Below the pieces are notes generated by a model. That model searched no databases, was not told the origin of the DNA, and saw nothing but the letters and a program-made list of their open reading frames with translations. This document shows, one piece after another, positions 1-8,563 of a stretch of 64,000 nucleotides of DNA. The DNA comes from an uncultured Thermofilaceae archaeon (GTDB lineage Archaea; Thermoproteota; Thermoprotei; Thermofilales; B69-G16), in assembly GCA_964501905.1 (NCBI GenBank), contig CAZCTW010000002.1:67821-131820 (forward strand), written 5' to 3'. The stretch's first letter is position 1. The number at the start of each line of letters is the position of its first letter. The position numbers and the translations under genes were made by a program.

Positions 1-386
1 AGCTGCGATATATCCTCGATACCTTTAAACCTGGGGTCTATACCCTCCACGGGTACAGCGACAACTTTACTATCAAAACCTTTCTCATCTCTAGTGTTCA
101 ACACCCCTATAGGCTTGGCTTTTATCACACACCCGGGTATTACAGGCTCGTTTCCTATAACAAGGACATCTACAGGATCTCCGTCTTCTTCAAGAGTTCC
201 GGGCACAAAGCCGTAGTTGAAGGGGTAGACCATCGAGGTGAATAGTATCCTATCGACGAAAAGCGCGCCCGTTTTCTTATCTAGCTCATACTTGACATTA
301 CTACCTAGTGGGATTTCTATTACTACGTTAACTTCCTCGGGAGCTTTCTCCCCAGGACCTATTTTTTCAACATCCACAAGTACCAC
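1..386 (-). CDS. ppa: Inorganic pyrophosphatase (family I); C-terminal end runs off the window
   Basis: Not in the ORF track because it is open at the window edge. Minus-strand translation from GTG at 386 gives [78 protein letters not shown]... This contains the family I PPase signature DGDPVDV and the YPxNYGF block. An in-frame TAA lies just upstream of the GTG. Confidence 0.9.
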   Translation of the reverse strand, partial: MVLVDVEKIGPGEKAPEEVNVVIEIPLGSNVKYELDKKTGALFVDRILFTSMVYPFNYGFVPGTLEEDGDPVDVLVIGNEPVIPGCVIKAKPIGVLNTRDEKGFDSKVVAVPVEGIDPRFKGIEDISQ

Positions 387-418
387 CGTTGATTAAAAGA
401 GTCACTTATAGAAATTCT

Positions 419-871
419 TTACTTACGTGGAGGTACTCCCAGTTCTACGGCTAGACGTTCTAGTTTCTCAACTTGCGGTTTTTTAAATCCTAGGAAAACC
501 CCTCCATATTTACCGCCTACGTAAACCCAGGATCTAGTGCCTTCTCCTATAGCATCCGCCAATTCTTTACATGTAACTTTAATTTTCCTAACCATAATAT
601 TTAGAGAGTTTACGTAGACTTGTTCTCTAAGATACACGTAAATTCGACCGTTTGAAACGCTATACCTACAGTACTGACTCTTCCTCGGCTTTATCACCTC
701 GTTGAATATATCTGCTTCTAAATCGACGTGTGTTACACGAGCTAGACTGTAGCCTTTCACGTGGAGATAGACGTCACATTCTACAGGAATACATCTACTT
801 TTCGAGCATAACTCAACTAGAGCTTCTAGCAACACTTTCCCTTCTCCAGGGCCAGTCACGCTTATCTCCAA
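419..871 (-). CDS. Hypothetical protein (150 aa), family not recognised
   Basis: Clean 150-aa ORF with no competing ORF and an AT-rich TATA-like stretch (atatcatatatatat) directly upstream. I recognise no diagnostic motif. Confidence 0.5.
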   Translation of the reverse strand: MEISVTGPGEGKVLLEALVELCSKSRCIPVECDVYLHVKGYSLARVTHVDLEADIFNEVIKPRKSQYCRYSVSNGRIYVYLREQVYVNSLNIMVRKIKVTCKELADAIGEGTRSWVYVGGKYGGVFLGFKKPQVEKLERLAVELGVPPRK

Positions 872-908
872 ATATCATATATATATCCTGTTAGAAAATC
901 TAACGACT

Positions 909-1337
909 ATGCTTAAAGTTTATTTTGCAGCTGCGATGCTCGGAGATAGGTCTAATTTAGACGACGACAGGAAGGTGCTCTTTCGTTTAAAAGAGCTCGG
1001 ATATGAGATTCTGACGGAGTGGGTCATCGACGAAGTGCTAGACGTGGAGAGGGGAGTAGAGCCTAGAGAGATTTTTAGGAGAGATATTGAAATGCTAGAG
1101 GCTTGTGACGTCGTAGTAGCGGATATCTCCTATCCTAGTCTAGGCGTGGGATTTGAAATAGCCTATGCCTTGCTTAGGGGAAAACCCGTTATAACTTTCT
1201 GTAGGAAGGATAGAATCGATAAAACGTCGGCTCTGCTTAGAGGTATTGAGTGGAATTCCTTTGAGTTAGTGACGTATGGAGATGTCGATGAGCTGGTGGC
1301 GATTTTAGATAGGAAACTTAGAAATCTTCTTTCTTAA
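909..1337 (+). CDS. 2'-deoxynucleoside 5'-phosphate N-hydrolase (DNPH1/Rcl) / nucleoside 2-deoxyribosyltransferase-like protein
   Basis: VYFAAAMLGDR at the N-terminus and the block DVVVADISYPSLGVGFEIAYAL closely resemble the DNPH1 blocks LYFCGSIRGGR and DVVVAEVTQPSLGVGYELG. Size is 142 aa. Confidence 0.8.
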   Translation: MLKVYFAAAMLGDRSNLDDDRKVLFRLKELGYEILTEWVIDEVLDVERGVEPREIFRRDIEMLEACDVVVADISYPSLGVGFEIAYALLRGKPVITFCRKDRIDKTSALLRGIEWNSFELVTYGDVDELVAILDRKLRNLLS

Positions 1338-1907
1338 TGCTTCCACGACTTTATCCGCTCTAGGATAGGATTTGTACAAATCCGGGTTTAGCCTAGGTAT
1401 TAGAGCCATTAGGAAAGCTAGTTGGCTTAAATCCTCTCTGACTACGAGTCCTCTAGTAAGAAAACCTACAGCGCCAATTTTCTCTCCTATTCTCTCAATA
1501 CCAGTCATTTTAACCATGATGTCTTCAAGCTCCGGACTCTCGCCTTTTATAACCGAATTCACGGCTGCCTCGGGGAATTCGAAACCCGGGCTAAACCCAA
1601 GCGATACTTTCATCTCGGCGTCGACGATAGCTACTGCTTGAAAATCCAAATAACCAGTCAGAGTAGCCGGTACTGGGATTAAGCCCGCCTCTATGCCAAC
1701 TCCCCAGTCAGCATCTGTTTTCTCTAAAGCCTTTAAGCCTCTTTCTAAAGCTCCTAATATGACTTTCTCTAGCCCTATGGGTTGAGGGCCTACAGACGTT
1801 TCACAAGAGACGGCAAGCACTTTAACGCGGAAGTTCAGCTTTTTAAATACTTTTTCCACAGCTTTCACTTTCGCCGGGTTTGTACTGCCTACAGCAACTA
1901 TCTTCAT
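1305..1907 (-). CDS. Inosine/xanthosine triphosphatase (YjjX / DUF84 NTPase family)
   Basis: MKIVAVGSTNPAKVKAV...GVGIEAG...GAVGFLTRG is the typical YjjX-family pattern. The ORF extends to 1916, but MKIVAVGS at 1907 is the likely start. The 3' end overlaps the convergent DNPH1-like gene by 33 nt. Confidence 0.8.
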   Translation of the reverse strand: MKIVAVGSTNPAKVKAVEKVFKKLNFRVKVLAVSCETSVGPQPIGLEKVILGALERGLKALEKTDADWGVGIEAGLIPVPATLTGYLDFQAVAIVDAEMKVSLGFSPGFEFPEAAVNSVIKGESPELEDIMVKMTGIERIGEKIGAVGFLTRGLVVREDLSQLAFLMALIPRLNPDLYKSYPRADKVVEALRKKISKFPI

Positions 1908-1972
1908 ATTAAACATGATCCGCCGCCAGTAAATTCTTTGCAGATATATAAGCTCACGAGCTCTAAATAAAA

Positions 1973-4378
1973 TTAATTAGTTTTAATTTTTCCCTCTTCG
2001 ATAGATATAACTTTGGCTCCCTCGGCGTCCACATCCACGTGGGTTATCAGTATTATCTGTTTAAACTGATCTCTCAGAGTTTTAGTTAACAAATCTACGA
2101 TGTTTTTCCTCCTATTACTGTCGGATGAGGAGAGAGGCTCATCTAGAAATAGAAATCTGGGATAGGTTTGCTTGGTCTCAGGCAGAAGTGAAAGTATAAA
2201 AGCTAGCCTCATGGCTAAGAGTAGCTGATCGACCATGCCCCCGCTGTAGATGTCCTTCGGCACAAATTTTCCGGCTTCCGAGTCAAGTACCTCTATATTG
2301 TAGTTTGAGTCAAGCCGGACGGCTTTATACCTACCACCAGTTATTATAGATATTATATGGTTCATATTGTTCTCTATCGCTGGTTGAAACCTTTCTCTAA
2401 TGCTCTTAGCTACCTGCCTTAAGCTAGTTATGGCTATTTCCTGTGCTTCTACGATTTTCTCCAGCTCTTTAATTTCTTTCTTCAATTTCTCGTATTCCTC
2501 CTCTACGCCCTCGTTTTTCTTTATCCTCTCTTTCAGACGTTCTATCTGAAGCTCGAGCTGCCGTATGGTGCCCTTTAGCGCGGCTACTCTAGCGGTTAGG
2601 AGGTTATACTCTGCCTCAACGCTTCGATATAACTCCTCACTGTACGATACTCTATCTGGTAGTTCCGGCAGAGATATACTGTTTACCTCTTTTTCGAGAA
2701 CAGACACTTCCTCCTCTTTTTTCTTTATCTTCTCGATAGTCTCTGCGCGCAGTTTCTCTAATTCGTATATCTCTACGCTGAGGCGAGAAATTCTACTCTT
2801 TAAATTTTTGATTCGCTCTTCAGAAGACAATATTTTATTTTCTATGGATATCTTCTCCCCCCTTGCCTCCTCAACTCTTTTAGAGACTCCTTCCAAGAAC
2901 TCGTACAGAGTATTCCAGGACTCCGGCTTATATTTCTCCGGTATCGAAGCTTTAATCTCCTCCAGCTCTTCCTCTAATCCTTTAGCCTGGTTTTCGATTA
3001 TTTGGAGTTCTTTACGTTTTTTTTCTAAATCTTTTTCTCGCTCTCTCATTAAGGAGAGTAAGCCGCTATACTTTCTAATTTCATCTTTAACTAATAGAGA
3101 TCTCGACGTCAATTTAGATTTAAGATGAGAAATGGCGAGATAGTAGATTACCGCTAGCAGTAGCCCTGTCGCGTAGAGTATGGGTATAAATAAGCCTAGT
3201 AGCGATGTAGAGAGTAAGGCTAGGAGTACGGGGAGGGATATTTTGGTTTTAGATATTTTCTGGTCTAGTTCTTTGTCCTCTTCGATTAAGTTGTTTAGCC
3301 TTTTTTCGTCGACTTTACTCTTTAACTCCTCTATGACCGACTCTAGCTCCGATATCTTAGCTTTTATATCTTTCATTCTCTCTTTTAGGCTATTTAACCG
3401 AGCTAGCTTGTCTTTAGATTCTCCAACGGCTTTTTGAGTTGATTCTAAGTCAATATATTCTGAAAGCTTTTTCTTGTATTCTTTTAGCTTTACTTCTTCT
3501 CTTTCAAGTTCCTCCTTTAAGTTTATTTTTTCTTTCTCTTTGGCGCGCAGCTGTTCTTCTAGCTTGCTCAGAGACTCTTTTAGAGCCCTTAACAAGCTTT
3601 TCATTCCTTCAATTTTAGTCTCTAGATTTCTCTTTTTGATTAAGGCATCCCTATACTCTTTCAAGAGTCTATAAAGGCTTTCTTTTTCCTGGAGCTTCGC
3701 TACCTCCTCTTCGTATACCTTCCTTTTATTTTTAAGCTCTAAACTTTTTTCTCTCAAATCTTCAAGGTCTCGCTTATAGTTCTCTAGCCTCTTTTTAACT
3801 TCCTCTAAAGTCCTCTTTTTAAATTCCAATTCTCTTTTTTTCTCTCTACGCTCTAAAGATAATTTTTCGATAGCTTTGTTGTAGCTTTCTAAACCGAGGA
3901 GAGCATTAATTATCTTCTCCCTCTCCTGCCCCCTCATCTCTATTAGCTTATCAAGCTCTTTTTGAGCTACGACATTCGTCACCAAAATCTCGTTTAGAGA
4001 AAGTCCGCCTAGCAAGCTTTGGATGAACTCGTTAGTCCTCTTCACCGTAGCCGCCTTCCTGATTAAGCCGCCAGTTGGAGTTATCTCGGAGATGCGGGCT
4101 TCAGATTCTCTCCCTCTCCTGATAATTCTCTCTACTTGGTAACGCCTTCCGTCTACTGAGAATATCAATTTAACTTTCGCCACACTAGCTCTATGGTTTA
4201 CGGCTAAGTCTTTAGTGCCTCTAAGCATCCTGCCGAAAAAAGCATAAAGGATTGCCTCGAGAATTGTGGATTTCCCTGCTTCGTTAGGCCCTTTAATTAT
4301 CAACATACCTTTAGGAAATTCTATAGTTAAGTCTAGCTTTCTAAAATTTCTAGCTTCAAGCTTCTCGAGAACTACCAA
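1973..4378 (-). CDS. rad50: Rad50-type SMC-like ATPase (DSB repair); atypical, with no zinc hook and a hydrophobic hairpin at the coiled-coil apex
   Basis: Walker A GPNEAGKST, long K/E/L heptad coiled coils, signature-like YSGGMVDQ, Walker B FLFLDEP and H-loop ILITHV. The start overlaps the mre11 stop (4372-4378). The protein has no Cys anywhere. Confidence 0.85.
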   Translation of the reverse strand: MVVLEKLEARNFRKLDLTIEFPKGMLIIKGPNEAGKSTILEAILYAFFGRMLRGTKDLAVNHRASVAKVKLIFSVDGRRYQVERIIRRGRESEARISEITPTGGLIRKAATVKRTNEFIQSLLGGLSLNEILVTNVVAQKELDKLIEMRGQEREKIINALLGLESYNKAIEKLSLERREKKRELEFKKRTLEEVKKRLENYKRDLEDLREKSLELKNKRKVYEEEVAKLQEKESLYRLLKEYRDALIKKRNLETKIEGMKSLLRALKESLSKLEEQLRAKEKEKINLKEELEREEVKLKEYKKKLSEYIDLESTQKAVGESKDKLARLNSLKERMKDIKAKISELESVIEELKSKVDEKRLNNLIEEDKELDQKISKTKISLPVLLALLSTSLLGLFIPILYATGLLLAVIYYLAISHLKSKLTSRSLLVKDEIRKYSGLLSLMREREKDLEKKRKELQIIENQAKGLEEELEEIKASIPEKYKPESWNTLYEFLEGVSKRVEEARGEKISIENKILSSEERIKNLKSRISRLSVEIYELEKLRAETIEKIKKKEEEVSVLEKEVNSISLPELPDRVSYSEELYRSVEAEYNLLTARVAALKGTIRQLELQIERLKERIKKNEGVEEEYEKLKKEIKELEKIVEAQEIAITSLRQVAKSIRERFQPAIENNMNHIISIITGGRYKAVRLDSNYNIEVLDSEAGKFVPKDIYSGGMVDQLLLAMRLAFILSLLPETKQTYPRFLFLDEPLSSSDSNRRKNIVDLLTKTLRDQFKQIILITHVDVDAEGAKVISIEEGKIKTN

Positions 4379-5538
4379 GCTCCCGCCTCCTCTAACCTCT
4401 CTAACCCCATTTTCTTAGCTTTCTCGATAATCTCCCTTCTTTGAGGATTTTCCTCTTTTTCTATAAGTTCATCCATATATTTCGAAAAAGCCTGTAGAGG
4501 CGAGAGCTTAATGCCAACCTCTATTTTCTCCATTTTATACTCAAGCTCGCTGTCATCTACTACGACAATAAAGAAGTGGTCGATTAGCCTGCGAAAAACT
4601 TCATCCCTCCTATACCTGGTCAGCACTTGTAGGGGGACTTTACCGCCTATCCTAAGTCTTAGGATAAGTTCTTTATCCCTGTATTTTAATGCATAAGAGA
4701 CTATATCGCTTATAGGAGATCTCGACTCGGGACTAAGCTCATACTTTAGAGTTTTCATAGGTCTTGTGGGAACTTCTATAAACCTCCTCTTAACTCCTTC
4801 TTCGCCCAGTTCAACCCATAGGAAGCCCTTCTTTTCATCGCCCTCCTCTAGGAAACTTCTTCTCTCCGTACTCCCCGGATAGGCTATATACGTCCTTTCT
4901 CTACGCGCTTCCTGAAACCTATGTATATGCCCCGCTGCGACGTAATCTATGCCCTTCGGTATATTCGCTATCCTAACTAAAGCCTCTCTGCCATAGCTAG
5001 CGGATTTAAAACCTTCTATAGGATAGTGTAGCATGGCTATGTTCAAATCACCCTCTACAGGAGGCTTGCTACGGGCTAGCGGATCCTCACCTTCTCTAAG
5101 CTCAAAGTTATAGGTTATCCCTGATACGCAGACATCTAAATCTCCGATTTTCAAGTGTTCAACTTGGAATTCCCTAGTTGAGGAGAAATACGTTACATAG
5201 CCGGATGCCGCTAACTCGTCTAGAGGGGATGCTCCTTCCTCTACTGAACGCGGAGTATCGTGGTGTCCCCCTATAACGAAGATCTTTATTCCTAAGCTGT
5301 GTAGCTTTCGGAAGTACTTTAGTAACTGTACTCTAGGGGGGTTTCTAGGGTTAACTCTGTCGTATAAATCTCCGGAGATTAACATAATATCGGGCTTATG
5401 CTCAACTGCGTAGTCTAATATCCGCTTAAAAGCCCTCCAGAAATCAGCCCTCCTCTCCATTATTTTCGGATAGTACATAGGAACGGAGGGGTCTAGGTGG
5501 TTATCAGCTGTATGAATTATCTTAACTGACAAGATCAC
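4372..5538 (-). CDS. mre11: Mre11 nuclease (calcineurin-like phosphoesterase)
   Basis: Phosphoesterase motifs are HTADNHLD, GDLYD, GGHHD, MLHYP and GHIH. It lies in an operon between herA and rad50 with overlapping stop/start codons. Confidence 0.9.
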   Translation of the reverse strand: MILSVKIIHTADNHLDPSVPMYYPKIMERRADFWRAFKRILDYAVEHKPDIMLISGDLYDRVNPRNPPRVQLLKYFRKLHSLGIKIFVIGGHHDTPRSVEEGASPLDELAASGYVTYFSSTREFQVEHLKIGDLDVCVSGITYNFELREGEDPLARSKPPVEGDLNIAMLHYPIEGFKSASYGREALVRIANIPKGIDYVAAGHIHRFQEARRERTYIAYPGSTERRSFLEEGDEKKGFLWVELGEEGVKRRFIEVPTRPMKTLKYELSPESRSPISDIVSYALKYRDKELILRLRIGGKVPLQVLTRYRRDEVFRRLIDHFFIVVVDDSELEYKMEKIEVGIKLSPLQAFSKYMDELIEKEENPQRREIIEKAKKMGLERLEEAGAW

Positions 5539-7142
5539 ACCTCAGACCAAATAGTACCTTCCCGCGCCACCACTAGCTCCTGTTCTCTCCCCAACTCCTC
5601 CTCTAAACCGGCTTCCTCCATCGCCGCTTTAAGCTTCTCAATCACGTCTATATCGGCGCCGCCCTCCCTTGTCCTCCTCTTCCTAATCTTAACCATAACA
5701 GGGACTTTAGTTACCTCGCCTACGATCACAGCTTCGCCCACGTTTAGCCCCGGTAGATCCCTGAGTAAATCCTCGCTCAACCGCTCACTCGACTTGATTA
5801 TCGCCTCTTGATCCGTAGGATTTGAAACTTTCAATATTATCTGGCTATTACACTGGCTCAGGGCATCCGGGTCTATTTTAGATGGCCTCTGGCTTATCAG
5901 AGTCATGAAAACACCGAACTTCCTGCCTTCGGCTGCTATAGTGTTTATGATTTCCCTAGATAGTCTTCTTACCTCTTTCTTGGGTATGAACTTATGAGCT
6001 TCCTCGACGAAGATGAAAACCGGGTACCTGAACTTTTGAGTGGAAACTTGGTGGAAAACTTCCGTCAATATCCTATAGGTTATGTAGTCCATGCTAGAGT
6101 CGTTAAGTCCTGAGAGGTCAATGACGGAGACTTGGGCAGGCTTTAGCATTTCGCTTACAGGAGTAGTCGCCGCTCCGAAGACCTTAAGCCGTTTCAACTT
6201 TCTAACGTATTTAAGCGCCCTCAGGGCGTGCGGATTTCTGGAAGAAAGCTCCTCTATCTTTTCTATTAAATGTTCGGAAGTGTAGGCGTCCCCCATATTC
6301 TTTCTTAGCCCTTTAACAGCCTCGGTTACAGCATTTCTTATATTAGACCATTTTTCCGGAATATTCAATATTTCACATATTTCTTCTCCAGTTAAATCAG
6401 AAAATCTAATAGTATAGTCGTATACGTTATCTAGCTCGCTTTTAGAGTACCTACCTGTGCTGTTAGGGTTTCGGAAAACTTTAATTCTATCAGCGTACTC
6501 GTACCTGCTCCCGTCCGGCTTCCTGCTCAAAAAGACATAGTCGGCATGGGGGTCTATAACTATCACAGTGGCGCCTTTCTGTAATAATTCCTCCACCAGC
6601 ACGCCCACCGTGTAGGATTTTCCGGCACCGGTCTGAGCCAGTATGGCTAAGTGTCTTTTAAACCCATTTACGGATATGAAGACGGGTATTTTAGGCCTTG
6701 AGATCAAGTAGCCTATATGCAATCCTTCTTCCTTAGAGTATGAGAAAAACTCCGCTACTAGTTCGTCGGGGGCTAAGTATACCTCGTTACCCGGGTATAT
6801 AGCCCTTCTGGGCATTAGTATTTCCTTCTTGCCTTCCGTAGCTATCATGTATCCTAGCGTCCTAGCTTTACATATTACATTTACATCATCTATCCCCGCT
6901 CTGTATATCCTTTCGAGCGCCTCGAGGTCTAGGTCCTCCCTATACGATAGGCTACGCGAAACTACGCCTACGACTTGTGCGAGGACTTGCACTCGTTCTA
7001 CGCGATCCCCTGCTAGCTCCTTCGAATACACCGTTACGTATTCGTACTTCGGCGGGTGGCTTTCCTTATCGGCTACGAAGAGGAACTCCGTAGGAGATGC
7101 TTCCTCTACGATTCTCCCAATGGGCTTAGGGGTAGCGTACAC
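5535..7142 (-). CDS. herA: HerA hexameric DNA translocase/helicase (FtsK-HerA superfamily)
   Basis: N-terminal HAS-barrel-like region (PIGRIVEEASPTEFLFV), Walker A AQTGAGKSYTVG and Walker B VFIFVEEAHKF. It overlaps nurA and mre11. Confidence 0.9.
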   Translation of the reverse strand: MYATPKPIGRIVEEASPTEFLFVADKESHPPKYEYVTVYSKELAGDRVERVQVLAQVVGVVSRSLSYREDLDLEALERIYRAGIDDVNVICKARTLGYMIATEGKKEILMPRRAIYPGNEVYLAPDELVAEFFSYSKEEGLHIGYLISRPKIPVFISVNGFKRHLAILAQTGAGKSYTVGVLVEELLQKGATVIVIDPHADYVFLSRKPDGSRYEYADRIKVFRNPNSTGRYSKSELDNVYDYTIRFSDLTGEEICEILNIPEKWSNIRNAVTEAVKGLRKNMGDAYTSEHLIEKIEELSSRNPHALRALKYVRKLKRLKVFGAATTPVSEMLKPAQVSVIDLSGLNDSSMDYITYRILTEVFHQVSTQKFRYPVFIFVEEAHKFIPKKEVRRLSREIINTIAAEGRKFGVFMTLISQRPSKIDPDALSQCNSQIILKVSNPTDQEAIIKSSERLSEDLLRDLPGLNVGEAVIVGEVTKVPVMVKIRKRRTREGGADIDVIEKLKAAMEEAGLEEELGREQELVVAREGTIWSEV

Positions 7143-8448
7143 GCCTCACATCCCTCGTATGCTCTATTAAAAAGTCGAGTTCTTTGCTTAATATAGGCTC
7201 GTAAATTTTTAAAATATCGGACATCCTAAGCTTTACCTTAGAATCTACGTCTTCCATTAAGACGTTATAGTGGCGGGGGCCGGCGTATAGCTGGTTTAAC
7301 AAGGATAGTAGCTGCTCTAGCCTATTTTCAAAGCCCTCTAGTATCGCAAACCTTGAAGAAGTTTTAACGTTATCGCCTAGGATCCACGCCGGCGCGTCGA
7401 CCCTAATTGGTATATCCCCCTTCTTCGGGAGGTAGTAGAACATGACAATATCGGGATATTGGAGAATTCTAGGCAGAATTTTAAGCGCTTTTTTATAGAC
7501 TACGCTTTCCGCCTCAGCTATAGCGTTTGAAAAACTCCTCTCAATATACTTCCTCAATTCCCCCTTCTCGATAGCGTTGACTAGAGAATCCAGCGCTGGA
7601 GCCGGTGTTTTCAATAACGCAGGAACAGTATAGCCAGGTTTATCTATAAGCCTAGTTATCAACTGTATATCCGGCCGTGGAGCTAGGGCTTCCCGAAGCA
7701 TTTCCTTCACCCATGGAGGCACTCCTTTAATGCTCTTGAGCTTTTCCAGCGATTGCTTGGGATTTTTCCAGAGAGCATTCCAAGCTTCTATAATTTGGCA
7801 GGAGATCTCTCCCCCTAGCGAACTTTCTCCGATTTTCTTGGTGAGCTCCTCGAAAAGCAATACCCTCTTATAGATGCGCGATTTAGAGTCCTTACTTAAC
7901 CCGATAACCAATACGTTCTTCTCCTGTGCTTCCTCGAAGAGCTCGCTGTAAACTCTTATATAATCTAACATGAAGCCTTGGTATCCGGGTATTTCGGAGT
8001 CCTTTGGCAGGTGCGCCATTCTTCCATAGAGAGAGCCATCAATGAGTATTACACTGTTATCTCCACTCGATATCTTCCTTAGACACTTCAAAGCCAATAT
8101 GTGCTCTAGGTGTTCTCTCATCCGGCTCCTGAACACGGTTAACCCCACGTTATCAGTCGGATAGAAGGGAGTTATCTCCAGCTCTCTCTCCTCTATCCCT
8201 CTATTTGATAGAGCTAATGCTCTACAAATATGGATAACCACGCCTTCCTTGTGCTCTATCACTCCGTCGCTACTATCCACCGCTATGACCTCTCCCTTGA
8301 ACTCCTCAGTCTGAGGCAGAAGTCTCCAGTACTTCCGAAATAGGTCCTGATAGAGTTCCAGACTATCTCGCGATAGGAGCAGAAGTTTCTCCAGAGATTC
8401 CCTTTTGTCTCTTAGTTTCTCAAGGTATAGATCAAGGAATCTAGGCAT
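7126..8448 (-). CDS. nurA: NurA 5'-3' nuclease
   Basis: NurA-like acidic motifs VIAVDSSDG and ILIDGSLYGR. It is the first gene of the herA-mre11-rad50 operon and overlaps herA by 17 nt. Confidence 0.8.
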   Translation of the reverse strand: MPRFLDLYLEKLRDKRESLEKLLLLSRDSLELYQDLFRKYWRLLPQTEEFKGEVIAVDSSDGVIEHKEGVVIHICRALALSNRGIEERELEITPFYPTDNVGLTVFRSRMREHLEHILALKCLRKISSGDNSVILIDGSLYGRMAHLPKDSEIPGYQGFMLDYIRVYSELFEEAQEKNVLVIGLSKDSKSRIYKRVLLFEELTKKIGESSLGGEISCQIIEAWNALWKNPKQSLEKLKSIKGVPPWVKEMLREALAPRPDIQLITRLIDKPGYTVPALLKTPAPALDSLVNAIEKGELRKYIERSFSNAIAEAESVVYKKALKILPRILQYPDIVMFYYLPKKGDIPIRVDAPAWILGDNVKTSSRFAILEGFENRLEQLLSLLNQLYAGPRHYNVLMEDVDSKVKLRMSDILKIYEPILSKELDFLIEHTRDVRRVRYP

Positions 8449-8563
8449 GCTCTTGAGATATTAGGCCTATGAATACTTATCCCTATTGCTGAGAGAGCTC
8501 CGAAATAGTTCCGGGACAATGGATACATTTAAGTTTAAAGGATTATGTCTAGAATAGAGAGTC

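Noticed and set aside
2565-3674. Three plus-strand ORFs (187, 85 and 66 aa) rich in Ser, Leu and Phe, lying inside rad50
   Set aside because: They are the antisense reading of the K/E/L-rich coiled-coil codons (AAG/GAG/CTT repeats), have low-complexity composition, and lie fully inside a well-supported gene.
8470-8500. AUGAAUA-13 nt-CUGA upstream of glyS
   Set aside because: Only one degenerate box pair is present. It is too short for a C/D sRNA and lies in the divergent nurA/glyS promoter region.
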